From the NCBI GenBank assembly GCA_001724265.1, contig MEDY01000064.1:1-64000 (forward strand): 64,000 nt of DNA. The letters are read 5' to 3'. Below the pieces are notes generated by a model, which was not told the origin of the DNA, made no database searches, and was given only the letters and a program-made list of their open reading frames with translations. This DNA is from Rhizaria sp. SCN 62-66 (taxonomy: Eukaryota). Below are positions 54,349 through 64,000 of this stretch, one piece after another. How positions within the stretch are numbered: the first letter of the stretch is position 1; each line of letters starts with the position of its first letter. Made by a program: the position numbers and the translations under genes.

Positions 54349-57300
54349 TTACTGATCCTTCTTGGTGGGCATGGCGGCGCGCGCAACGCCGCCGCTGGCC
54401 CTCTTGAAGAGGATCTCGTCCCCGGTCTCGAGCGCCGTCATCATTTGCTCTAGCTTAGAGGTGCCGATGTTCGATAGCGAGACCTCGCTGGCGGCCACGA
54501 CGCGCGGGAACGGCTCTCGTAGCGCCACCGCGTCCGACGTGTACACGCGCGTGCGGTCGCTGTACCCCTGCGTGCCGCACATCGCGGAGAAGGCCGCGGA
54601 CTGCACCAACACCTGTGTGGTCTCAGCAGCGCGGGCAGCGGACGTCGAACCACCGTTGGGAGCCACGGTCGCAGTGTCGTTCGCAGTAGCAGCGTCAGTC
54701 GAGGCAGCGAGCGCGGCCGCCTTAGCCGCGGCAGCGGCGATCTTGTCGGCGCGGACAGGCGCGACCAATGCGTCGGCGTTGATTTGTGCAGCCTCAAACG
54801 TGAAGGCCGACGCGGCGCCGAAATGCACGGCGCCGACGCGCGTGGTGTTGGACGTGGTAACGGCGGGCGAGCCGCGGTTGACGAGCATGTGCGTGAGCGC
54901 GTCAGCCAGCGCGGGGTGCATCGGCGACACGCCGCCCTGGGTGCAGAGCCGCACCAGCGCACGCGTCGTCGATTGCGTGTGCAGCGTAGAGGTCTGGTGG
55001 ACTGAGTTGGCCATGACGGCGAAGAGCGAGGTGGCCTCGGCCATGGCGCCCGCGTACGCCGTCAACAGCGAGCGCAGCCGCGCCTCCGAAGCCGCAGTCG
55101 CGGGGGACACACCGCCACAGACCGCGGCCGCGCCCGTCAGCGCGCGCGGGGCCGCGGCGATGAGTTGGCTGTACACGCCCGACTGCGGCAGCGGGCTCGA
55201 CGAGGGCGCCGTCGCGCTAATGAGGGGCGCGCGGTAGATGCTCGCGTCCTGCTTTTCAGCCGTCTTGGCCTCAGAGTTGGTCGCGGCGGCGCCGGCGCCG
55301 TTGATGTCCCCCATCAGGGACATGAGCGACGGCTCGTTGTCCAGCTCCTCGTCGTAGCCCGCAGCGCCAAGCGCGCTGTCGGTAACGGCGGTAATCGCCG
55401 CGACATTGGAGCGGTAGCGCGCGCCCATGACTTGGCGGGCGAGCGCCACGGTCACCACGGCCTCGCATTTGCTCATGCGGCGCAGCATCGGGTTGTCGAC
55501 CTCGTCCGACTGCGTCTCCGCGTCCACCTCGGCACTCCGCGACTGGGTCTGCGACTGGGCCTGCGACTGGAACGGCGCGGTGTTGGCGAGATGCGCGGGG
55601 GCGGACTGGCTGGACTTGCCAATGACCACGGCGACGGGCTTGAGCGACGGCGAGTCAACCACGAACGACGCCACGCGCAGTGCGCGGCGGGGTTGGTGCG
55701 GTACGTCGCTCCGAGTCTCACGCTGGCCCTGGCCCTGACCATGCATGTCGCTGCCATTGCGAGAGCCGGCGGGGCCGCGCTCGGGCAGACCGCTGGCGTC
55801 GTGGTCGCCATGGTCCTTGATGCCGATACCGCCGGCGGATTTGCTGTTGATGCTCGCCGCGCCGCGGGGCGCAAAAGACGATGCCGCGGCCGCCGCGAAC
55901 GACGGGCGCGGGCGCTGGAGCTGCGTCTCGGGCTTGCTCTCAGACTTACTCTCGATTTCGCTGTCGTTGGCGCTGCCGTCGGAGCCGCGAGCGAAGGGAA
56001 AGTTGCCGCGCATGGCCGCGAAGGACGCGCTCAACGGTTCGGGCTCCTGCTCCAACAGGCGCGCGCGAGCATTGGCCGCGGCGTCAGCGGCGCGTGCGGC
56101 GGCTGAGCGTGGAGCAGGCTCCGCGGGGGCGCGGGAGGCCGCCGAGGGGATCAGGTCGAGGTTCACGCTGCGGCTGAGCACTGCGCCAACGCCAGCAGTA
56201 GCGGACACGTCAGTGGCGCCAGCGCTGGTGGTGCTACCGTTGAACGCGGCCTTGGTGGCAGACACAGCGGCGTTGAGGCGCTTGCGGCGCGCGAGAGCGG
56301 CCGTCTCTTCCTCGTTGCTCAGCACATTTGTATTGCCGGCGTTGGCTGCGGCGGCAGCGGCGATGCGCGCAGCGAGACTGTCACTGCCACGGTCACTGTC
56401 GGCACGGTCGCCGCTGCGGTCGCGGTCGAGCCGCTTGCCGCGCATGGCGCCCGAGAGCGCGTCAAGGCGCGCGCGCGCGACGGCGGCGGCGAAGGCGGTC
56501 TTGGTCGCGGCCAAGCGGGCAGCGACGTCGCCGCCCGCACTCAGCGCCGAGGAGCTGGCGCTGGCCGCGGAGACGGCGTCGGTGACGGCGGCGGCGAGCG
56601 CGGCCTCGGCGCGACTGCCGCCGCGAGCCTCGCGGGGCACGACCGCCTGCACCCACGACGACGGCGGCGAGCCCCGGAGATTAAGCACCGACTCGCGGGC
56701 GTCTTCGCTACTGCGGCGCGTGCATACGCTCACGTCGTCGACCAGCCCCATCACGTAGCGCAGGTTGCCCGTCACGGCCAGCGGCGCAACGGTCACGTTG
56801 CTCCCCGCCGTCGTACTCTGGGCGCTGGTGTCGGTGCGCAGGTGGTCGATGATGTAGTTCCACATCTGCTCACGGCTCTGTGCTTCGGCCACAGCGGCCG
56901 CGCTCGTGTCTGCGCGTCCCACGCTGGCAGCCGCGGCGGCCGCGGCGGCGTCGACCGCGGCATCGGCGCTCGCGTCGTGCGCGCCCGTGATTGCAGCCGC
57001 GGTGAGCGGGCGGTGTAGTGCGACAACGGCGGCCACGGCCGCGGGCGACTGCGAGCGCGCCGCCTCGGCCGCGGCGGCCACAGTGACAAGCCGCGCCACA
57101 GTCGCGTCCGCCGTGTACGGCGCAGCGGCGCGCGGCTTCGTCTCGGCACTCGCGCTGGCGGCGGCGACGGCCGCGTCCGCGACGTCGCCGGTCTCGGTCT
57201 TGGGCGCGAGCGCGGCGGCGGGCAGCGGGCGCATGGCGAGCGAGTCGACCGAGCCGCGCGCGGCGGCCTCGGCCTCGGCGTCGCGCAGCACGTCCGTGGC

Positions 57301-60300
57301 CGTGCGGCGCAGCGCGCGGAACTGCGCCGCGAAGGGCGCCTGCGCGGCCGCGTCACGCGGCGAGAACGGGTTGAACGGCACGGGCGACGGCACGAAGGGG
57401 TTCGCCAGCACCGACAGCGCCGCCACGGCCGCGGCGCGCGCGGCATCCTCGGACACGGACGTCGCGCGCTGCACCGGGGCGCTAGCGCCGTCGGCGGGGT
57501 CGTCGAAGAAGACGCGGCCGTGCTTGCGCGTCGCGGCCTCGGCAGCGGCGGCGGCGGCCGCCACGGCGCGGGCAGCGGCCGCGGCGTCGTCAGCGCTGGC
57601 GTAGCGCTCTGCGGCGTCGCTCTGCTGCGCGGCGGCCATCAGCGCTTCCATCTGCGGGTCGCGCATCGACAGCGGCGTCACGACGGCGGCCGCGGCGAGG
57701 GCCTCGGCATCCGAGTCGCCCGCAGCGCCTGCACTCAGCGCCGCCGGGGACGTCATGTCGACGCCGGCGTCGAAGTGCGACGAGAGCCGGTCCAGCAGCG
57801 AGCGCGGCTTGTCGCCGCCGTCGGTGCCGGAATCGGCGAGGGACTGACGGGGAGACGAGCCATGCAGCGCACCGTGGCCGCGGCCGTGGCTGCTAGCGCC
57901 ATAGCGGGACTTGGCGCGGGGCGCATTCTTATGGGGCGGAACGGGCTTGGTGGTGGCCTCGGCGTCACTGGGGTCTCCATCCTCGGCAGCGCTGATGCGC
58001 TTGCGCTCAGCATCGAGGTACGCACGGCGCTCGATGAACTGCGACTTAAGGTAAAACACGCGCGAGAGCACGAAGGGCGTGGCGTTAGCCGAGGCCACCG
58101 CGGCGGCGTCGAGCGAGCGCTGCACCTCGTCCGTGCGCCCCCCGCGCGCCGTGAAGAGCGCGCGGCGCACCGCGGCCCATGTGAGCGTCGAGGGCGTCAG
58201 CACCACGCGGCGCCGGCTCAAGAAGTCGCACCGGGCCTCAACCGCCGCGCGGCGCGGCTGCTTGTCCGAGGAGTGCACGGGGGACGGGAGTTCCGGGAGC
58301 GCGACCGAAGGAAGCCGCAACGGCGGCACCGGGGTGATGACGCCCGTATCGACCGCGACGGCGAAGTTGTTGTCCTTGGCGGCCGCCTCGATCATGGTGC
58401 GCAGCGCCGCGAGCCGCGCGGTGACGAGGTCCACCAGCGCGTTGGACGACACCAGCTCGCCGATTGAGTTGTTGTGGATCTCTGTCGCCACCAGACTGCG
58501 CAGCGCCGACGTCGTCAGCGGCAGCGCGGGCGCCAGCGTGGGCAGCGTTGCCGCCGCAGCGCTGGCACCTTGACTGCTGTAGCTGCCATTGCCATCCTGC
58601 CACGCCGCAGCCGAGTCGCACTCGGGACCGAAGAGCAGCGCGTCGACCAGCGCGGCGTGCGCCAGAGCGCGCGCGCGGCCAGCGGCGTCCATTGCGCGCG
58701 GCCCCGCGGCGGCGGCCTCGGCGGCGGCGGCCTCGCGGTCGCCCTCACTGGCGCTAGCGACCATGGGAGCAAACCGGCGGCGCAGCGCGGCGTCGCGCGC
58801 GGCGCGGGCCTGGTCGGCGGCGGCGAGCAGCGCGACGGCGTCATTGGCGGCGTTCTCGCGGTGCTGGCGCATCTGCACTGCGCGCGAGCGGTGGTCCAGG
58901 ATGAGCCACCCGTGCACGACCTGGCTCACGACTCCGGGCGCGTACGCCGACGTCATGCGCGTCGAGCCCAGCAGCGCCGCCGCCGGGGTCACCGCGGCGA
59001 ACTCGTCGCCGTAGCTGCGCGCGAACAGCACCGTGGTCGTCGCGGCGCTGCTGTTGACGTCGGTGTCGGCAGCGCTGAAACTGGCTTCCCCCGCATCGCC
59101 CATAGGAGAGAGGGCGGTGTCGTGGCAGTCAAGCAGCGGGGACGAGTCGGCCCAGTGCAGCGCGGCGGCCGCGGCCGTGGTGGCGGCGTCGGCTGAGGCG
59201 TCAAGCGGCACCCGCAGCGCCGACGTCACGGCGTCGATGAGCAGCGCCTTGCCAAGCTTGAGGTCGTGCGAGATGCGGTCGCGCTGCGCCCGCTCGTACG
59301 GCGCACGCGCCGCGAAGGCCACGTCGGTCCACGCGCGCTGCTGCTCATGGTCGTCCTGCTGGCCCTGACCCTGGGTCTGACTGTGCGCGATGACGCCGGC
59401 AGTGCTGGGCGGGCGCGGCGGCACCACGTTGACCATGTTGCCCGCGTCGCGGCGCAGCAGCGAGAGCGTGCGCGCCGTGAACCAGTCGTGCTCGCCGCCC
59501 GTCGCGTCGGGCGCGGCCGCCACGAGCGCAAGCCCCGGCGCGACGGCCACGCGCGCGCCCACGCCGTGGTGGGGCGCCGCGCGCATCGCCGACAGCGCCG
59601 CCGCAGTGGGCGCGTCGGCAGCGGGGTCAACCAGGCGGTGCGCGAAGGCGGCCGACGGCGCAGCGCCAAGCGTGCGCTGCGCCCACAGCGCGGTGACGCT
59701 CATCGCGAGGCGGAAGCCGCGTTTGAGCTCGGCGGCGTGGTCCGTCAGGGACGTCACCACGGCCAGCGGCGGCGGCGGCGCGAGCACACGCACGCGCACG
59801 GGCTTCGCCATAGCGGCACCGCTGTTGGCGTTGCTGCCGACGCTGTCACCCGCGCTGGCGGAGGTGGAGACGAGGTCTGCGGGCACCGCCGCGGCGGCGG
59901 AGGCGGCCCAGGCGATCGGCGCCGTCGCGGGGGTCACGCCCTGGAACATAAGCAGCTGGTCCACCGTGAGCTTGCGCGCCGCGGCCTCCTCGGCCGACTC
60001 GTCCTCGGCCAGCATCGCGGCCGAGGCGGCGGTGGCCGCGTCGGTGCCGCCCACAGGGCGGCGGTGTGTGGCGGCGAACGAGACGTCAGTCATGAGCCAT
60101 TCGACCGGCGCGGTCAGCGCGGTGCCCCAGGGCAGTGCGCGCGCGGCGTCGCTGAGCGCACGCAGCAGCGCGGCCGTGGCGAGCGGCAGCGGGTGGCGCG
60201 CAACGCCCGCGGGCGAGCTGACGTCGGTGTGGCTGAGGCTGTGCGCGGCCGTGACGTCGGCGTAGAGCGCGTGCGCGGCGTCGGACACGGCCGGCAGCGC

Positions 60301-63300
60301 CGTCGCCGACGCGGGCTCGCGCAGCGCGGGCGCCGCAGACTGCAGCAGCGCGGCCGCGATCACACCGGCGCGCTGCAGCGGCGGCAGCGCGGCGGTAGCG
60401 GCGAGCACGCCGGCGGCCTCGGCGGCCACGCGGGCCTCGCCGGCGACCTCGAGCGCGGCCGCATGAGTCTCACCGCTGCCACTGCTCTTGGTGGAGCGCG
60501 CGAGGGCAACGGCGGGCGTGTAGACCCTGTTTTGCCGGGCTGCGAGCATGGCGTGCGCGAAGTGCGCCTTGAACCCCACGGCCGAGACGCCGAAGCCTGC
60601 GGGCGCGTACGACGTCGACTGCGCCGCAGCCAGCGCCTCGGCCAGCTCCAGGTCCGCCCACGTCACGCGCGTCGCCAGAGAGCGCGTGGCGAGGCTGAGC
60701 AGCTCGGAGCCGTCGGCCAGAGTGAGCGCGCGCGCGGCGGGGAACGCGGCGCCCGGCTCGGCCACGCACCAGGTCCCCAGCACCACGCCGCCGTACGAGT
60801 CAAACGGAGTCCCCTCGGAGCTCGCGCTGTTGCTGTTGCTGTGCGCGGTGTTGGTGAGAGAGTAGATCTCGCGGAAGACCGAGGGGGCGAGCACACTCAG
60901 CGCCTCCGCCTCCGGGAACGGCGCCGGCACTGCGGCGGCCGCGGCGACTGTGGCCGTGGCGCGCACCAGGGCGGGTGCGTCCACGCCAGTCTGCGCGGCG
61001 GCGGCCGCGGCGGTGGAGGACGCGTCAACCGGCTCGCCCAGGGCGGAACGCGACAGCAGCGGCAGCGCGGCGGCGATGGCGGGCGACACGCGCGCCTGCG
61101 TCACAACGACATCAGCGTTGTTTGTGGTGGCGCTCGCGAGGGGTAGGTGGAGTCCCCAGACGCGGGCGCGCGCAGCCTGAGCAGCGAGAGCAGCGAGCTT
61201 GGCGGCGCGGCCGAGCGGAACGAGCCAGGGCAGCGCCGCGGCGTGGGGCTCCAGCGCGCGCAGGGGCTGCGCCGCGGCGCGCACGTGGGTGTTGGCGACC
61301 GCGTCCGCGATGGCCTTCTCCACGGCGACGACCGCGGCCTCGGCGGCGCTCGAGGTCAGGTAGCCGGGACCCCTGGCGCCGCGCGCGGGGCTGCTGCTGC
61401 GACCGAGGTCATGCGCCGCCGCCAGCGTCGGGTGGCTGCCCGCGGAGTCGCCAACGGCGGCGTCCGTCGCGCTGCTGCCGCTGCTAGCGGCCTCGTCGGT
61501 GGGGGCCCAGGCAGAGACCAGCGCGGCGGTCGCGGCGGCGCGCTCGGCGGCCGTGGCGGAGGCCAGGATGATCTTGGCGTGCTCCATGTTGCGCCGGTTG
61601 CTCGGGAACATCGCGCCCATCGCGCCACCCGTCGTCGCATGGCTGTTAGCAACATTGGCGTTGTCTGCGGTGGGACATGCGGTGAGGAGCGCGGGCGAGA
61701 CAGCGGCGACCGCGGCTGCGTCCACCTCGGAGGCCGACACGGTGGCGGCCATAGACCGCGTGAGGCGCCGCGAGAGGTGGCTCGTGATCTGGCTGACGAG
61801 CTCGGCGTCGCCGTCGACGCGGAATAACCCGCGCTGCACCACGGGGCTCCCGCCGGAGACCGGCACGTTCAACGAGTCGGCCACCACCGCCGCGCCGGTC
61901 GCCAGCGCGCGCGCCACTGCTGGGCTCGCCTTCACCTTCGCATCCACAGTCGCGTCCTCATTAGTACCGCTGCCGCGGGTTTTGGCCACTTTAGCGTTGT
62001 TCTGCGCCAACATGACGGCCCAGAGCGTGTTGGTATGCAGGTACGGCGACACGAGGCCGTAGCTGACCTGCAGCGCAGGGGCGGCGTTGTTGTGCGCGCT
62101 GCGCTTGGCGCCGATGATGAGGTTGCCGTCGCTGTCAAACTCGGGCTCCGCGCCGTTGCGACTCTTGCTATATTCGTCGTCGTTGTCGTTTCCGTTTCCG
62201 TTGCCAACGTCATCGTCGAGTTCATTCTTGTTCTCCTTGCTTGCATCCACGCCCGCGTTGGCGTCAGCGGCACCGACGTCGTGAGTCGAGGCGCGTCCAT
62301 CCCACACGCCAGCGGCGCTGCCGTCGGCGTTGACGTCCGCGGCGCCGACGAGGTGCGAGTCGGTGAACACGAGCGGGTCTGAGCCCACGCGCAGCGCCGA
62401 GGCTGGCCCGCGCGCGGCCAGAGGGTCGTGTTCGTCGTAGCGCGTCAGCGGCCGCGCCATGGCGCCCACGCCGGCCGCATAGAGCCGGTGCAGCGACAGC
62501 AGGCGCGCGCGGGCCAGCGCCGACTCGGCCGCCACAGCGACGGGCGCGGACAAGTCCGCAAAGTCGGTGGGGCTAGTGCTGAGGGCGGCGAACAGGCGCG
62601 CGGCGTGCGACGCTGTGGCCCATAGCGCGCTCTGGTCGGCCTCCGCGCCGCTGCTGCCGCCGCGGCGGTTCTGGGCGACTGCGGCGCCGGGCGCGCCGAG
62701 GAAGAGACAGGCCGCAAGCAGCGTGTCGGCGCTGACGCCGAGACGCGCGACCGAAGGCAGCGCGGACCACACCGCGCGCAGCGCCGCTTGCGAGGGCACC
62801 CACCACTGCGGCGACGCCACCAGCGCGCGCGCAAGCTTGGCGGGGCTGCTCTTGGCGAGAGAGGCGGCGAGGGTCGCGCAGTCAGGCGCATAGGCGCGCG
62901 TGATGGCGATGGCGTGGAGGGCGCCCAGCACGCTCTTGCGCGCGCCGCACAGCGCCACAGCCGTGTTGCCCAGGCCGATGAAGAGCGCGCTGGGCACAAG
63001 CGGGGCAGCGTCCTCGTCGGCGCCGCTGCTCGCGGGCACCGAGCCCTCGGCGACGCCCTCAGCGGCCGTGGCGTCGGCGTCGGCGGCGGCCTGAGTGCGC
63101 GCCTTCGCGGCGCACGCGGCGGCGCGGCTGGCGACCGCGGCGGCGGCGGCGGCGGTGCGCAGCGCAAGCGTTACCACGGCGTCGTCGAGGCGCTCGCCGG
63201 GCAGCGCGGCGGCCAGCGCGGGCGTGACGCGCAGCGGCGACAGCGGCGGCTGCAGGAGCGGCGCGAGCGCGGTCATCGCCACGGCGTGTGGCCCGGGGAC

Positions 63301-64000
63301 CGTGTGCGAGGTGACCGCGCTCAGGGGCGCCAGCGGCGGCGGCGCGCGCGCGTGCGGCAGCGACGCCACGACGTTCTGCGCGGCGAGCAGCAGCGCGCCA
63401 GCGGCTTCGGCAGACAGAGACACCGTCGTCGCCGCCAGTTGGCTTTGCGCGGCGACTGCCACAGAGACGAACGACTGCGGCTGGGGCGACTGAGCGCTGC
63501 GGAGCGTGGCTAGGTCGTCGACCCAGGCGCCCGAGAGCGCGCGCGAGCCGTCGAGCACCGCGGCGAGGGCGGCGGGCGACACGGGCGCGATCACGCCCGT
63601 CGCGGGGCCCGGGGCGGGGCTGTTGGCGGCCAGGTACAGCGCGGTCGTGCCGGACTCGCCGACCATGCCGGCCGTGTCGGCTGCGGCGGCGGCGGCCGAG
63701 GCGGCGCGCGGCAGTGGCGACGACAGCAGCGAGACGAGGTAGCTCTCGACGGCGTTCTCACTCTCCGTCTTCTCGCCCTTGTGCGCGGCGGTGGAGCTCT
63801 TGCCGTGGGGCAGCGCGACGCCGAGCAGCGAAGCCATGATCGCGCAGTCCTGGCCGCGATCCGGGTGCGCCGCCGCCACGGCCGCGAGCGCCGCCGCGGG
63901 CGCGACGCCGGCGAGCGCGGGGGCGGCGAGCTGCCGCAGCATGTCGGCCAGCACTATCTGCGCCGCCATCTCGGGCGTCAGCGCCGCAAGCGCCGCCGGC
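54349..64000 (-). CDS. Very large Ala-rich protein (>3,200 aa, 5'-partial); possibly a highly divergent RNA polymerase largest-subunit homologue
   Basis: Uninterrupted frame from the window edge to TAA 54349-54351, with host-like codon usage. That it is coding is well supported. The product call rests only on weak collinear motif resemblance (see findings). Confidence 0.6.
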   Translation of the reverse strand, partial: PAALAALTPEMAAQIVLADMLRQLAAPALAGVAPAAALAAVAAAHPDRGQDCAIMASLLGVALPHGKSSTAAHKGEKTESENAVESYLVSLLSSPLPRAASAAAAAADTAGMVGESGTTALYLAANSPAPGPATGVIAPVSPAALAAVLDGSRALSGAWVDDLATLRSAQSPQPQSFVSVAVAAQSQLAATTVSLSAEAAGALLLAAQNVVASLPHARAPPPLAPLSAVTSHTVPGPHAVAMTALAPLLQPPLSPLRVTPALAAALPGERLDDAVVTLALRTAAAAAAVASRAAACAAKARTQAAADADATAAEGVAEGSVPASSGADEDAAPLVPSALFIGLGNTAVALCGARKSVLGALHAIAITRAYAPDCATLAASLAKSSPAKLARALVASPQWWVPSQAALRAVWSALPSVARLGVSADTLLAACLFLGAPGAAVAQNRRGGSSGAEADQSALWATASHAARLFAALSTSPTDFADLSAPVAVAAESALARARLLSLHRLYAAGVGAMARPLTRYDEHDPLAARGPASALRVGSDPLVFTDSHLVGAADVNADGSAAGVWDGRASTHDVGAADANAGVDASKENKNELDDDVGNGNGNDNDDEYSKSRNGAEPEFDSDGNLIIGAKRSAHNNAAPALQVSYGLVSPYLHTNTLWAVMLAQNNAKVAKTRGSGTNEDATVDAKVKASPAVARALATGAAVVADSLNVPVSGGSPVVQRGLFRVDGDAELVSQITSHLSRRLTRSMAATVSASEVDAAAVAAVSPALLTACPTADNANVANSHATTGGAMGAMFPSNRRNMEHAKIILASATAAERAAATAALVSAWAPTDEAASSGSSATDAAVGDSAGSHPTLAAAHDLGRSSSPARGARGPGYLTSSAAEAAVVAVEKAIADAVANTHVRAAAQPLRALEPHAAALPWLVPLGRAAKLAALAAQAARARVWGLHLPLASATTNNADVVVTQARVSPAIAAALPLLSRSALGEPVDASSTAAAAAAQTGVDAPALVRATATVAAAAAVPAPFPEAEALSVLAPSVFREIYSLTNTAHSNSNSASSEGTPFDSYGGVVLGTWCVAEPGAAFPAARALTLADGSELLSLATRSLATRVTWADLELAEALAAAQSTSYAPAGFGVSAVGFKAHFAHAMLAARQNRVYTPAVALARSTKSSGSGETHAAALEVAGEARVAAEAAGVLAATAALPPLQRAGVIAAALLQSAAPALREPASATALPAVSDAAHALYADVTAAHSLSHTDVSSPAGVARHPLPLATAALLRALSDAARALPWGTALTAPVEWLMTDVSFAATHRRPVGGTDAATAASAAMLAEDESAEEAAARKLTVDQLLMFQGVTPATAPIAWAASAAAAVPADLVSTSASAGDSVGSNANSGAAMAKPVRVRVLAPPPPLAVVTSLTDHAAELKRGFRLAMSVTALWAQRTLGAAPSAAFAHRLVDPAADAPTAAALSAMRAAPHHGVGARVAVAPGLALVAAAPDATGGEHDWFTARTLSLLRRDAGNMVNVVPPRPPSTAGVIAHSQTQGQGQQDDHEQQRAWTDVAFAARAPYERAQRDRISHDLKLGKALLIDAVTSALRVPLDASADAATTAAAAALHWADSSPLLDCHDTALSPMGDAGEASFSAADTDVNSSAATTTVLFARSYGDEFAAVTPAAALLGSTRMTSAYAPGVVSQVVHGWLILDHRSRAVQMRQHRENAANDAVALLAAADQARAARDAALRRRFAPMVASASEGDREAAAAEAAAAGPRAMDAAGRARALAHAALVDALLFGPECDSAAAWQDGNGSYSSQGASAAAATLPTLAPALPLTTSALRSLVATEIHNNSIGELVSSNALVDLVTARLAALRTMIEAAAKDNNFAVAVDTGVITPVPPLRLPSVALPELPSPVHSSDKQPRRAAVEARCDFLSRRRVVLTPSTLTWAAVRRALFTARGGRTDEVQRSLDAAAVASANATPFVLSRVFYLKSQFIERRAYLDAERKRISAAEDGDPSDAEATTKPVPPHKNAPRAKSRYGASSHGRGHGALHGSSPRQSLADSGTDGGDKPRSLLDRLSSHFDAGVDMTSPAALSAGAAGDSDAEALAAAAVVTPLSMRDPQMEALMAAAQQSDAAERYASADDAAAAARAVAAAAAAAEAATRKHGRVFFDDPADGASAPVQRATSVSEDAARAAAVAALSVLANPFVPSPVPFNPFSPRDAAAQAPFAAQFRALRRTATDVLRDAEAEAAARGSVDSLAMRPLPAAALAPKTETGDVADAAVAAASASAETKPRAAAPYTADATVARLVTVAAAAEAARSQSPAAVAAVVALHRPLTAAAITGAHDASADAAVDAAAAAAAASVGRADTSAAAVAEAQSREQMWNYIIDHLRTDTSAQSTTAGSNVTVAPLAVTGNLRYVMGLVDDVSVCTRRSSEDARESVLNLRGSPPSSWVQAVVPREARGGSRAEAALAAAVTDAVSAASASSSALSAGGDVAARLAATKTAFAAAVARARLDALSGAMRGKRLDRDRSGDRADSDRGSDSLAARIAAAAAANAGNTNVLSNEEETAALARRKRLNAAVSATKAAFNGSTTSAGATDVSATAGVGAVLSRSVNLDLIPSAASRAPAEPAPRSAAARAADAAANARARLLEQEPEPLSASFAAMRGNFPFARGSDGSANDSEIESKSESKPETQLQRPRPSFAAAAASSFAPRGAASINSKSAGGIGIKDHGDHDASGLPERGPAGSRNGSDMHGQGQGQRETRSDVPHQPRRALRVASFVVDSPSLKPVAVVIGKSSQSAPAHLANTAPFQSQAQSQTQSRSAEVDAETQSDEVDNPMLRRMSKCEAVVTVALARQVMGARYRSNVAAITAVTDSALGAAGYDEELDNEPSLMSLMGDINGAGAAATNSEAKTAEKQDASIYRAPLISATAPSSSPLPQSGVYSQLIAAAPRALTGAAAVCGGVSPATAASEARLRSLLTAYAGAMAEATSLFAVMANSVHQTSTLHTQSTTRALVRLCTQGGVSPMHPALADALTHMLVNRGSPAVTTSNTTRVGAVHFGAASAFTFEAAQINADALVAPVRADKIAAAAAKAAALAASTDAATANDTATVAPNGGSTSAARAAETTQVLVQSAAFSAMCGTQGYSDRTRVYTSDAVALREPFPRVVAASEVSLSNIGTSKLEQMMTALETGDEILFKRASGGVARAAMPTKKDQ

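Noticed and set aside
1367-63742. Hundreds of long overlapping or antisense ORFs in the track (e.g. 1367..2641 +, 3890..5635 -, 17524..19299 +, 42996..44753 +, 59266..61146 +)
   Set aside because: Shadow frames of very GC-rich coding DNA. They are R/G/P/A-rich, lack motifs, and overlap better-supported genes.
1-64000. tRNA (including a CUA-anticodon suppressor), rRNA or snoRNA genes
   Set aside because: No convincing cloverleaf or box-motif pair found by eye. Isolated ATGATGA strings (~989, ~11563) lack a supporting D box and stem. A covariance-model scan is needed to be sure.

Overview
Gene-dense genomic DNA from a eukaryote, probably a protist: very GC-rich, Ala-rich exons with AT-richer spacers and short (103-215 nt) GT-AG introns, mostly with GTACGY donors. 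Fifteen protein-coding genes can be reconstructed: RPL17 (3' end), a TH1-domain AGC kinase, an N-acylated transglutaminase-like protein, condensin CAP-G, a front-end desaturase, CWC21/SRRM2, a USP deubiquitinase, a twin-CX9C MIC19-like protein, a BRO1/ALIX protein, a ~3,560-aa multi-TM DEK1-like calpain, a CTDSPL2-like phosphatase, a TMEM242-like protein, two hypothetical proteins and a >3,200-aa protein with faint collinear RNA-polymerase-largest-subunit motifs. Main finding: five in-frame TAG codons sit inside four otherwise open genes, three of them in Gln-rich context. All 15 reconstructed gene ends use TAA (9) or TGA (6), never TAG. This points to a nuclear code with UAG=Gln while UAA remains stop. 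Also present: a 200-bp MITE with perfect 50-bp TIRs, a probable endogenous virophage major-capsid fragment, and an apparent frameshift in CAP-G. All family assignments come from motifs recognised by eye; no searches were run.
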